Assembly: GCA_043819795.1 (NCBI GenBank)
Contig: JBDREN010000231.1
Location: forward strand, 1 to 30,974
Direction: 5' to 3'
DNA from: Elusimicrobiota bacterium
Lineage (GTDB): Bacteria; Elusimicrobiota; Elusimicrobia; UBA1565
DNA length: 30,974 nt
The translations under genes and the position numbers were made by a program. Below the pieces are notes generated by a model. The model did no database searches, had not been told where the DNA came from, and saw only the letters and a list, made by a program, of their open reading frames with translations. Of this stretch, positions 1-8,834 are shown in pieces (positions within the stretch are counted from its first letter, which is position 1; each line of letters opens with the position of its first letter).

Positions 1-195
1 GAGCGCAGCGAGGGGTGCGACATATAGGACGCCGGCATGGCCCGGCGACCTTAGTGGGGGTGACCCGCAAGGCCCACTCGGGCAATGTGGGTCTTGCGGG
101 CCCGAGGGGGCGGCAGCCCCCAGGGGGAGCACCGAGCGGAGCAGCCTTCCTTTCGGAGCGAGGCTTCAGCCCCGAGCGCAGCGAGGGGTGCGACA
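1..195. repeat. Structured REP/MITE-like repeat region downstream of gltX (22-nt direct repeat plus several hairpins)
   Basis: GAGCGCAGCGAGGGGTGCGACA occurs at 1-22 and 174-195. Hairpins: CCCGCAAGGCCCAC/GTGGGTCTTGCGGG (64-77/87-100) and GGGGGC-GGCA-GCCCCC (106-121). Truncated by the window edge. Confidence 0.6.
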
Positions 196-200
196 AAGAG

Positions 201-1679
201 CTATAGCAGGCTCCGGGCCGCGCACAGGCGCTCCAGCACCTTCTCTTTGCCGAGCAGCTCCAGCATGCCGAAGAGCGTCGGCCCCTCGGTCCGGCCCGAG
301 ACGGCCACGCGGATGGGGTGGAACACCTTCCCGGCCTTCAGGTCCTTTTGGGCGCAGAACGCGCGGATGCCCTCCTCGAGGGCCTTTTCCGTGAACGGCT
401 CGATCTTCCCGACTGCCTCCCGGATCTCGTCGAGCAGGACGCCGACGCCGTCCTTCTTGAGCACCTTGTCCACGGCCTTCTGCCGGTACTCGACGTCCTT
501 GAAGAAGAAGTCCACGCGCCCCGGGAACTCGGACAGGAGCTCGCACTTCTCCCGCTCGAGCGCGACCGCCGGCAGGAGCCGCTCGCGCGGGACGTCGCCG
601 AGCCCCGCCTCCCTCATGAACGGCATCGCGTCCTCCAGCAGCCGCTCGGGCGTCCGCCGGCGGATGTGCTCGCCGTTCATCCACTTGAGCTTGACCGGAT
701 CGAAGGTGGCCGGGTTCTTCTGGCAGCCGGCGAGGTCGAACTTCTCGGCAAGCTCCCGCTCATCGAAGAGCTGCTGGGAGTCCGTCGTGGACCAGCCCAG
801 GAGCGCCAGGTAGTTGCGCATGGTCTCGGGGAGGAAGCCCTGCTTCTTGTACTCGAGGACCGACGTCGCCCCGTGGCGCTTGGACAGCTTCGTCCCGTCG
901 GGCCCGAGGATCATGGAGAGGTGCGCGAACGGAGGCGGCTCCCAGCCGAGCGCGCTGTAGAGCTGGACCTGCGAGGGCGTGTTCGACAGGTGCTCGTCTC
1001 CCCGGATGACATGCGTGATGTCCATCAGATGGTCGTCCACGACGCAGGCGAAATTATACGTCGGCCCGCCGGCCGTCTTCTGGATGACGAGGTCCTGCAG
1101 CAGGCTGTTGTCGAACGACACGTTCCCGCGGATGAGGTCCGAGACCACCGTCGTCCCTTCCAGAGCCATCTTGAAGCGGATCGAAGGCTTCTTCCCCTGA
1201 GCCTCGAGCTCCCCGCGCTGACGGTCGCTCAGATCGCGGCACCGCCGGTCGTAGATGACGGGCCGCTTCTCCTCCTGGGCCTTCTTGCGCGCCGCGTCGA
1301 GCTCCTCCTTGGAGCAATAGCACGGATACGCCTTGCCTTCTTGGAGCAGCTGCTCGACGAATTCCCCGTAGATCTCCTTCCGCTGCATCTGGTAGTACGG
1401 GCCGTAGCCCGGGTCTCCGCCCGGTCCGGACGCCGACGCTTCCCCGCCTCGCTCCGGGCCTTCGTCCCAGCCCATGCCCAGCCAGCGCAGCGAATCGACG
1501 ATGGCGGCGACCGACTCGACGGTCGAGCGGACCTCGTCGGTGTCCTCGATGCGCAGGATGAACCTGCCGCCCCGGTTGCGGGCGAAAAGCCAGTTAAACA
1601 AAGCCGTGCGGACCCCGCCGATGTGCAGGTAGCCCGTAGGAGACGGCGCGAACCGGACCCTCACTTGATCGTCGCTCAT
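201..1679 (-). CDS. gltX: Glutamate--tRNA ligase
   Basis: RFAPSPTGYLHIGG (HIGH-like), LRIEDTD, YPCYC, VIRGDEHLSNT and KLSKR motifs; GGGAGG SD upstream. Confidence 0.97.
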   Translation of the reverse strand: MSDDQVRVRFAPSPTGYLHIGGVRTALFNWLFARNRGGRFILRIEDTDEVRSTVESVAAIVDSLRWLGMGWDEGPERGGEASASGPGGDPGYGPYYQMQRKEIYGEFVEQLLQEGKAYPCYCSKEELDAARKKAQEEKRPVIYDRRCRDLSDRQRGELEAQGKKPSIRFKMALEGTTVVSDLIRGNVSFDNSLLQDLVIQKTAGGPTYNFACVVDDHLMDITHVIRGDEHLSNTPSQVQLYSALGWEPPPFAHLSMILGPDGTKLSKRHGATSVLEYKKQGFLPETMRNYLALLGWSTTDSQQLFDERELAEKFDLAGCQKNPATFDPVKLKWMNGEHIRRRTPERLLEDAMPFMREAGLGDVPRERLLPAVALEREKCELLSEFPGRVDFFFKDVEYRQKAVDKVLKKDGVGVLLDEIREAVGKIEPFTEKALEEGIRAFCAQKDLKAGKVFHPIRVAVSGRTEGPTLFGMLELLGKEKVLERLCAARSLL

Positions 1680-1732
1680 GGTCGCCTCCCACGCCGATTG
1701 ACGCGACCATTTCCTGCGCTATGCTCGGTCAT
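1676..1732 (-). CDS. Putative 18-aa uORF (MTEHSAGNGRVNRRGRRP), copy proximal to gltX
   Basis: ATG at 1732 preceded by GGGAGG; its TGA overlaps the gltX ATG (ATGA). Translation not demonstrated. Confidence 0.35.
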   Translation of the reverse strand: MTEHSAGNGRVNRRGRRP

Positions 1733-1785
1733 GGTCGCCTCCCACGCCGATTGACGCGACCATTTCCTGCGCTATGCTCGGTCAT
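1729..1785 (-). CDS. Putative 18-aa uORF (MTEHSAGNGRVNRRGRRP), copy proximal to recN
   Basis: ATG overlaps the recN stop (ATGA); its TGA overlaps the ATG of the next copy. Confidence 0.35.
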   Translation of the reverse strand: MTEHSAGNGRVNRRGRRP

Positions 1786-3440
1786 GTCGATTCCATCAGC
1801 TCCTTGGCGTGGCGCAGGCTGGCGTCGGTGACCCTGCGGCCGCCGAGCATGCGGGCGACCGCCTCCAGGCGGCGGCCTCCGTCCAGACGCTCCGCGCGGA
1901 TGCGGGTGCGCCCCCCCGAAACGGCCTTCACTACCCGCACGTGGGTGCGGGCCCGGCATGCGACCTGCGGCAGGTGCGTGACGCAGAACACCTGGCGTCC
2001 CTCGCCGGCGCCGAGCTCGGCCAGCTTGGCGCCGACCGCGCGGCCGACGACGGCGCCCACGCCCGCGTCCACCTCGTCGAAGACCAACATCCCGACGCGG
2101 TCCTGCCGGGCGAGGACGGTCTTGAGCGCCAGCATCACGCGGGAGAGCTCGCCGCCCGAGGCGATCGATCGCAGGGCCTTGAGCGGCTCTCCCGGGTTGG
2201 GCGCGATAAGGAACTCCACGCGGTCGTTGCCCGACGCCGTGAGATGCTCCTGCTCCATCTCCACCGACACCGAAAGCCGCGCGGCGGACATGCCGAGGTC
2301 CTTGAGCTCGGCCATGACCCTATCGGAAAGCCGCCGCGCCGCGCGCATGCGCGCCCGGTGCAGGTCCTCGCAGCGCCCGCGAAGGTCCCGCTCGGCCGTC
2401 CCGAGAGCGAGCTCGAGCTCGCGGGCGCGCTCGCCGTGGTTCTCGAGCCGGTCGAGCTCGGCGCGGATGCGGTCGCGGTAGGCCAGCACCTCCTCGATGC
2501 CGCCGCCGTACTTTCTCTTGAGCCGCGCGATGCGGTCCTGGCGGCCGATGATCTCGTCGAGACGCTCCGGACGCTCCTCGACGCCCTCCCGGTAGCGCGC
2601 CAGGCGCGCCGAAGCCTCCGCCGCGGCCTCCCGCGCGCGTCCGACGGCCGCGAGACCCTCGCCGAGCCCGGGGTCGAGCCGGGACATCTCCTCAAGAGCC
2701 CGCTCGGCGGCGCGAAGGCTTTCCTCCGCCGAGCCGTCCATCTCGTAGAGGCTCGCGTAGGCCTCACCCGCGAGGGCCAGGAGCCTCTCGGCGTTCTTGA
2801 GCCGGGGGAGCTCCGCCTCGAGCTCCGCCTCCTCCCCGGGGATGGGGTCGGTCTCCTCGATGTCCCGGACCTGGAAGCGGTAGAGGTCGATGCGGCGGAG
2901 GCGCTCGTCCTCGCTGATCTGAAGAGCCTCCAGCCGGGCCCGGAGGTCCTTCCAGCGGCCGTGGGCTTCGGCGACCCCGTCCCGCTTCGCCTGGAGCCCT
3001 CCGAATCCGTCGAGCAGCTCGAGCTGGATGGAGGTTTTGAGGAGCGTCTGGTGCTCGTGCTGGCCGTGGAAGTCGACGAGGCGCTCGCCCAGGCGCGCGA
3101 GGGCCGCGACCGTGGTCGCGCGGCCGTCAAGGTATGCGCGGGATTTCCCGCCGGAGTCGAGCTCGCGCCGGATGGTGAAGGTATCCCCTGAGATCCCGAG
3201 CTCGTCACGAAGAGTCCCGGCCAGCGGCGAGGCGTCGAAGGTCCCGGCCGTCTCGAGCTTGCGGGCCCCGGCGCGGAGCCACTCGGTGCTGCCCCGCTCG
3301 CCCAGGAGGAAGCCCAGCGCCTCGATGAGGATGGATTTCCCGGCGCCCGTCTCGCCGGTGAACACGGTCAGCCCGCCGGAGAGCTCGAGGTCGAGCGTCT
3401 CGATGACGGCGAAGTTCCGGATGCGGAGGGCGCGCAGCAT
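1782..3440 (-). CDS. recN: DNA repair protein RecN
   Basis: MLRALRIRNFAVI, Walker A GETGAGKS, HGQHEHQ, coiled coil, ASGGELSRVMLALK, FDEVDAG and VTHLPQVA. Confidence 0.97.
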   Translation of the reverse strand: MLRALRIRNFAVIETLDLELSGGLTVFTGETGAGKSILIEALGFLLGERGSTEWLRAGARKLETAGTFDASPLAGTLRDELGISGDTFTIRRELDSGGKSRAYLDGRATTVAALARLGERLVDFHGQHEHQTLLKTSIQLELLDGFGGLQAKRDGVAEAHGRWKDLRARLEALQISEDERLRRIDLYRFQVRDIEETDPIPGEEAELEAELPRLKNAERLLALAGEAYASLYEMDGSAEESLRAAERALEEMSRLDPGLGEGLAAVGRAREAAAEASARLARYREGVEERPERLDEIIGRQDRIARLKRKYGGGIEEVLAYRDRIRAELDRLENHGERARELELALGTAERDLRGRCEDLHRARMRAARRLSDRVMAELKDLGMSAARLSVSVEMEQEHLTASGNDRVEFLIAPNPGEPLKALRSIASGGELSRVMLALKTVLARQDRVGMLVFDEVDAGVGAVVGRAVGAKLAELGAGEGRQVFCVTHLPQVACRARTHVRVVKAVSGGRTRIRAERLDGGRRLEAVARMLGGRRVTDASLRHAKELMEST

Positions 3441-3459
3441 GGTCAGCGGACCACCATCC

Positions 3460-4338
3460 TCAGCGTTGACCCCATTTGAGCTTGCTGCGGAGCAGGTCGA
3501 AATGGGAGCGATTGGGAGGCACCAGCAGCATGAACGGCCGCTCGGCCCGGCGGATGTGGACCTCGTCGTCGAAATCCAGCGTATGGTCGGTCTGTCCGTC
3601 CAGAGAGACCAGGGCCTGCGGCTCGTCGTAAGGGTTTCGCCGCGCGAGCCGGACCGTGAGGGGCTGCTTGGCCGGCGTCAGCAGAGGCCGCTGGGTCAGC
3701 GCGTGCGGGCTGATCGGCGCCAGCAGGAAGGCGTCCACCCCGGGCACCACAACCGGCCCGCCGGCCGCGAGGGCGTAGGCCGTGGAGCCGGTGGGCGTCG
3801 ACACGACGAGTCCGTCCCCGAAGTACGACGCCACGTACCTCCGGGACGCCTCCACCTCGAGCGTCACGGCGCGCGCTCGCTCGCTGCAGCGGATGACGCA
3901 GTCGTTAAGCGCCGTGTGGGGGCCGAAGAGCACCTTGGACCCGCGCCGGGCCTCGGCCGCCAGCATCCAGCGCTCCTCCACGGCGAACTTTCCGTCCAGG
4001 ACCTTCCTGAAATCCCGCACGAAACCCGGCAGGTCCATGGCGCTCAGGAAGCCGAGCCCGCCCACCTTGACGCCGAGAAGGGGAACCGAGTAGGGCGCCA
4101 GCACCCGCGCCGTCCGGAGCATGGTCCCGTCTCCTCCGATCGCGATCGCGATGTCGCAGGTCTTCAAGGAACCGGTGGAGCCTTCTCGAGGCGCCCCGAG
4201 AGACCGGACCCCGGCCCGCCTGAGCAGCGAGCGCACGGTCTTGAGGGCGCGGACAGCGTCGGCCTTCTCCTCGTTATGGAATAGGACCACCGAGCGAACG
4301 GCCTTGTTTTTGGGCTGTGATCGCGACTTTCTTTCCAT
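3460..4338 (-). CDS. nadK: NAD(+) kinase
   Basis: GGDGTML, LGFL, ALND, GDGLVVSTPTGSTAYALAAGGP motifs; nadK-recN adjacency is typical. Confidence 0.95.
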   Translation of the reverse strand: MERKSRSQPKNKAVRSVVLFHNEEKADAVRALKTVRSLLRRAGVRSLGAPREGSTGSLKTCDIAIAIGGDGTMLRTARVLAPYSVPLLGVKVGGLGFLSAMDLPGFVRDFRKVLDGKFAVEERWMLAAEARRGSKVLFGPHTALNDCVIRCSERARAVTLEVEASRRYVASYFGDGLVVSTPTGSTAYALAAGGPVVVPGVDAFLLAPISPHALTQRPLLTPAKQPLTVRLARRNPYDEPQALVSLDGQTDHTLDFDDEVHIRRAERPFMLLVPPNRSHFDLLRSKLKWGQR

Positions 4339-6361
4339 CGGACGTGACGCGGACCGCCCCGTCCCACCGGATATCGAGCCGACGACGGGACGGACACCCC
4401 GCGGGGGCGGTCCACTCAGGATTCGTCATTATACAATATGTCTCCTCGCCGCCTGCCGAGGCCGACGCCATGGTCGAGACCGCCGCGCCCCAAACCTTCC
4501 AGGATACGCGCACGCCCGCGCGCGCGAGCTCCACCGGAGAGGCGCTCAGGACCGCAGGGCCCCGGCGCTCCCGGCTGTCCGGACGCAGGATGCCCGGGAC
4601 GATACCCGCCTCCCGCACCACACGCAACGTGCGAACAAGCCGTTTGGAGCAGGACCGTGATCCCTCCGCGCAGGCCCGGTCGGCGAAACCCGTCGGAAGC
4701 AGGACGCTCCCCACCCCGACCAGGTCCGGCAGGCCCCCCAGTCCTTTCCAGCGCGAGGGCTCCATGCCCGTGACCCAGACGGACTCCAGCCGCCGCACGC
4801 CGAGCCTCCGGAAGACGTCGCGGTAGACCGATGGCGTGGCCCCGGCGTCGACGAGGACATGCCGGCGGCCCGGGAAGGTGACGAGCGCCGCCCGCGCTCC
4901 ACGCTGGCTGAGGAAGAGGACGCTCACCCTCTCCGGAGCGAGCCCGGCGTGCGCGAGGGAGCCCATCCATACCAAGGCGGCGGCCGCGGCGAAGCCGGCC
5001 GCCGGACGCCGGCGCGGCAGGACGAGCACGGCGAACGCGCCCAGGTAGTAGGCGGCGATCTCCGCCGGGGACATGGGTCGCAGGTCCACCGCCGCCCCCG
5101 GAAGTCCCGCGGCGAAGACGCACAGAACGCGGAACGCGTCGGCCAGCGCGCCGGCGGCCCAGGCCAGAAGGCTCTCGACGATCGGGATCGGCGCCAGGGA
5201 CGCGGCCCAAGCCAGGAACCCCGATCCCGCGATGATCCCCGAGCCCGGCACCATGACAATATTGACGAGCAGCCCCACGACGGACCCGCACGCGAAGAAA
5301 TGGGCGAAGGTGGGCCAGAGCATGAGCTGCACGACGAAGCTGATGGAGAAGATCCTCGCGGCCAGGCTCAGCGGCGGAGGCCAATGCCGCGGCGGGCGCC
5401 AGCGCGGCAACGCGATGAGGATGCCGAGCATGGCCAGGTACGTCAGCTGGTAGCCGGCACAGAACAAGGACCGCGGGCTCACCAGGAGCGTGCCCAGAGC
5501 CGAGAGCACCAGAGCCTGGAAGCCTCCGGACTCCCTGCCGATCAGATAGGAAGCGTAGACGACCAGGGCCATGAAATAGGCCCGGGTGTAGGGTGGCTCG
5601 GCCCCCACCACGAGCAGATAGAACCCCCCCATGAGGGCCGCTGCGGCCAGACGCGCGCCGGGCCGGAGCCCGAGCAGCCCCGAGGCGAGCAACACCCAGG
5701 CCAGGAGCAGCGTCACCTTGGCCCCGGAAGGGGTCAGCAGGTGCATGACGCCGGCGCGCTGAATGTCCCGCTTCAGGGCCGCCGGCAGCGGCCCGCGGTA
5801 GCCGAGCAGGATGCCCTCCAGGATCGACGCCGTAGTCTCCGGGAACCGTCGATAAAGGTAGGCGTGCACCGACCTGTGCACGGACTCTCCGGCCGCCCAA
5901 GGCAACCATGAAGGCGGCGCGCGCCCGCGCAGGGCCTCCACCTTCCTGGCATGCAGGACGAAGACGGCCCCGCGGCGCTCCAGGAAGGCCTTCTCGTCGA
6001 ACGCGCCCGGGTTGCGCGGCCAGCGGGGAAGCCGCAGCCGGCCCTCGAGACCGACCCGCCGGCCCGGCCGCAACAAGGCGGTCGAGGGATCGGCCCTCGG
6101 CAGGTAGGCCATCACGCCGACCGGCTCATGAATACGGCCCGCGGTGCGGTCCACGCGCAGCCAATAGCGGTCGCCGGGACGCTTGGGGCTGAAACCGGAG
6201 ACGACGAGCCCCTCGACCCGGACGGAGGGGATGCGCGCGTAGGGCCGCAGCCTCGGCGGGGACTCCAAGCGGAAGAAGCCGCGGGACTGGAGCCCGATGA
6301 GGACGACGATATATAGGAAGGTGGCGACGGCCAGCGGGCGCCGGAAATAGGACAGGGGCAC
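4274..6361 (-). CDS. comEC: ComEC/Rec2 family competence membrane protein with degenerate C-terminal metallo-beta-lactamase-like region
   Basis: OB-like region with RNPGAFD, GILLG...AGVMHLLTPSG, GYQLTY, NIVMVP, multiple TM helices and VLVDAG; no HxHxDH motif. GTG start. Confidence 0.85.
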   Translation of the reverse strand: MPLSYFRRPLAVATFLYIVVLIGLQSRGFFRLESPPRLRPYARIPSVRVEGLVVSGFSPKRPGDRYWLRVDRTAGRIHEPVGVMAYLPRADPSTALLRPGRRVGLEGRLRLPRWPRNPGAFDEKAFLERRGAVFVLHARKVEALRGRAPPSWLPWAAGESVHRSVHAYLYRRFPETTASILEGILLGYRGPLPAALKRDIQRAGVMHLLTPSGAKVTLLLAWVLLASGLLGLRPGARLAAAALMGGFYLLVVGAEPPYTRAYFMALVVYASYLIGRESGGFQALVLSALGTLLVSPRSLFCAGYQLTYLAMLGILIALPRWRPPRHWPPPLSLAARIFSISFVVQLMLWPTFAHFFACGSVVGLLVNIVMVPGSGIIAGSGFLAWAASLAPIPIVESLLAWAAGALADAFRVLCVFAAGLPGAAVDLRPMSPAEIAAYYLGAFAVLVLPRRRPAAGFAAAAALVWMGSLAHAGLAPERVSVLFLSQRGARAALVTFPGRRHVLVDAGATPSVYRDVFRRLGVRRLESVWVTGMEPSRWKGLGGLPDLVGVGSVLLPTGFADRACAEGSRSCSKRLVRTLRVVREAGIVPGILRPDSRERRGPAVLSASPVELARAGVRVSWKVWGAAVSTMASASAGGEETYCIMTNPEWTAPAGCPSRRRLDIRWDGAVRVTSDGKKVAITAQKQGRSLGGPIP

Positions 6362-6508
6362 ACCCGCATGTACGACCGGGAACGGCCCCTGGTTCCGCGC
6401 TTGGCCGCGCGGCTAGTGAAGTGCGTCCAACGCTTCTTGACGTTTGATGCGACGGATCAATGCACCCTCCGTCGAGAGAATAAGTAAAGGGACATATGAC
6501 GCGCTACA

Positions 6509-8688
6509 CTAGATGGCGGGACGCTGGAGCTCGGCTTCCTGCCTCAGCTTCTCCGCGTTCAGCCGCTCCTCCAGCTTCTCGCGAGCGGCGACCGGGTCCA
6601 CGATCAGGAACGGTTGCTCGGCGGGCACACCGGGCAGGATCTGCACCGGCATCCGCTCGGAGCTCTCGACCAGGGCGTCCTGGATCACGCGGCTCATATT
6701 GACGGGGTTCATGATATTGAGCCGGTGCTGGACCAGCTGCGCATGCTGGACCAGGAGGGCCGACGAGCCGGCGACGTGCGGCGCGGCCATGGACGTCCCC
6801 GAGAGATTCATGTACCCGTCGCTGGGGCGCGCATACTTGGCCTCCGGCTTGAAGAGCAGCTTGGTCGAGGAGATGTTCTCGCCGGGGGCCATGAACACGG
6901 TTTTGACGGCCAGCGCGCACTTCGCCACGTCCCAGTTCGCCCCGCGGGAGCTGAAGGTCGATACCCCGTTGTGGGCGTCGAGCGACCCCACGGTGATCGC
7001 GCTCGGAGCGTTGGACGGGGTCCCGATACCGCCGCCGCCCTCGTTGCCGGCGGAGATCACGAAGATGACCCCGTTGCGCGCGTGCTCCTCGATCTTTTGG
7101 GCCATGTCCCCGCTCGGCAGGCCGCGAGTGCCCAGGCTCATGTTGATCACGTGACAACCGTCCTTCACCGCCTGGTCCACGGCAGCCATGATGCTTTTCG
7201 CCACCGTTGTCTCCTCTTGTGCGCTCATCATCCTGTTCTCGTGGAAGCTCCCTTCGTCGATCGCTTTGTAGGAGTGGATCTCCGCCTCCGGAGCCAAGGC
7301 GTGTATCGTCCCGGCCACATGGGTGCCGTGCTGCCCCATCTCCCCCGGCCCGGTCTGCGTCGTATAGTTCCTCGGAAGGCCCGTCTCGTCGAGGCCCCCC
7401 ATCACGCCCTCGAGATCCGGGTGATAGCCCACGCCCGAGTCGATCACCCCGACCTTGACGCCCTTGCCGGTGAGCCCCTGGCGCCAGAGCTCATGGGCGC
7501 CCATGCGCCACACGGAGTCGCCCATGGGGAAGGCCTTGATGAGCGCCTCTTTCTGCCTGGAGTCCAGCGGGCCCAGGCCGATCTTTTCGCCGACCGTATC
7601 CAGCGCGTCCAGAATGCCGGGAAGCAGCCGGTGCCTGGCCCGCGCGACCGGTCCTCCGCCCAGATCGAGGCTTCTACCGGGCTCTGCGAGCCGGGAGCTG
7701 GGACCGCTGTCGGCAGCCTCATCTCTTGGTGGTACTGCATCTTCTCCAAAACGTTGAGGGTGGCGATGTACTCCGTGAGCTCCCCTTGGCGCCGCAGGTC
7801 GCCCTCCTTCTCGGCCGCCGCGACCTCGCTCTGCAGACGGCCCCGGTACTCGCCAAGCTGTGTCCCGATGTCCGCGTAGGGCCTGAGATCCAGGGCGGAC
7901 CCGCCCTCCTTGCTGATATTGCCGCTCCTTAGTTTGCCCCATGCGTTGTCCAGGAGGCTTATCGCCGCCTGCGGAGTATGGTTATGGAAAGCCTGGCTGT
8001 AGGCCTGCTCGAACCGATGCAGGGATTGCCCGAAGCGCTGCGTGTTGAGCCGCCTAAGGGCCCCGGGGTCCTCGCGCAGGCCCTCGTAGAGCATCAGGCC
8101 GTAGGGGGTGGCCGTGCCGTCCGGATTGATCAGATGGTAGCCGTCGAAAGCGGGGGGCACGCCCCAAGCCTGAAGGACCTTCCCGACCTCCGCGGGCGCG
8201 TGGCGGGCCACCTTGGCGAACTTCAGAAGGCCGTTGAGGATGTCGGGTATGTGCTTCTTGCGGACCGGCAGCTCCGTTTTCGCGTAGACCAGGACGCCTT
8301 CGTCGTTGAAGTCTATATCGGCGTGCCGGAGCATGGCCCGCGATATCTGAACGGCGGACTCCCGGTGGGTGACGGCCCCGTTCTCGTCGGCCGAGAAACC
8401 GTGCCGCTCGAGCAGCGCGGCCAGGTCGCCGTCGACCTGGACCGTTTCCCGCTTGTCTTTCTCGGCCTTTTTGAGCTCCGCCAATAGGTCGTCGATGGTC
8501 GGCACGCCCGGCTGCGGGACGGGCTCGTCCGGCGCCGGTTTCGGCGGAGCGGGCTTGTCCGGAGCGGGAGCGGGTTCGACCGGAGCGGGGACCTGCGGAG
8601 GCGGCTTGTCGGGCTCGTCCGCCCGCAGCGGAGCGCAGAGCAGGGCCAGACAGAGAAGTAGCGGCGTCAGAGGGGTGAGGACGCGCAT
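6509..8688 (-). pseudogene. Exported S8 (subtilisin-family) serine protease split by an apparent frameshift near 7630-7720
   Basis: ORF 8688-7444 has a signal peptide, promoter and SD. Overlapping ORF 7942-6509 in another frame carries VIDSG (Asp), HGTHVAG (His), SAGNEG and SGTSMAAPHVAG (Ser) but has no clear own start or SD. Confidence 0.7.
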
Positions 8689-8693
8689 CGGGA

Positions 8694-8743
8694 CCTCCTA
8701 CTGATTCAATATGGAGGATAACAGGGCCCCCTTTTGCTGTCAA
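8694..8743 (-). promoter_or_regulatory. Sigma70-type promoter and SD for the protease gene
   Basis: Minus strand TTGACA (8743-8738), 17 nt, TATCCT (8720-8715) with TGn extension; AGGAGG at 8699-8694. Confidence 0.8.
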
Positions 8744-8761
8744 GGGGAGACATAATCGACC

Positions 8762-8790
8762 TTAACAAAACCGGTTCTGTCTGTTATACT
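8762..8790 (+). promoter_or_regulatory. Sigma70-type promoter for the adenylate cyclase gene (divergent from the protease promoter)
   Basis: TTAACA (8762-8767), 17 nt, TATACT (8785-8790) with TGn; AAAGGAG at about 8815-8821. Confidence 0.75.
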
Positions 8791-8834
8791 TCCTTCCGAA
8801 CCCCAGTCTTCTTAAAAGGAGTACGACACCGGCT

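Larger units (their letters stand above)
1676..1786. repeat. Exact 53-bp tandem duplication (1676-1728, 1729-1781) plus a trailing TCATG
   Basis: TCATGGTCGCCTCCCACGCCGATTGACGCGACCATTTCCTGCGCTATGCTCGG occurs twice, filling the whole recN-gltX interval. Confidence 0.95.

Noticed and set aside
1676..1786. CRISPR array
   Set aside because: Two contiguous identical units with no spacers, and no cas genes in the window.
6362..6508. Riboswitch or ncRNA upstream of comEC
   Set aside because: Only a 7-bp stem (CGACGGA/TCCGTCG) is present, with no recognisable aptamer consensus.
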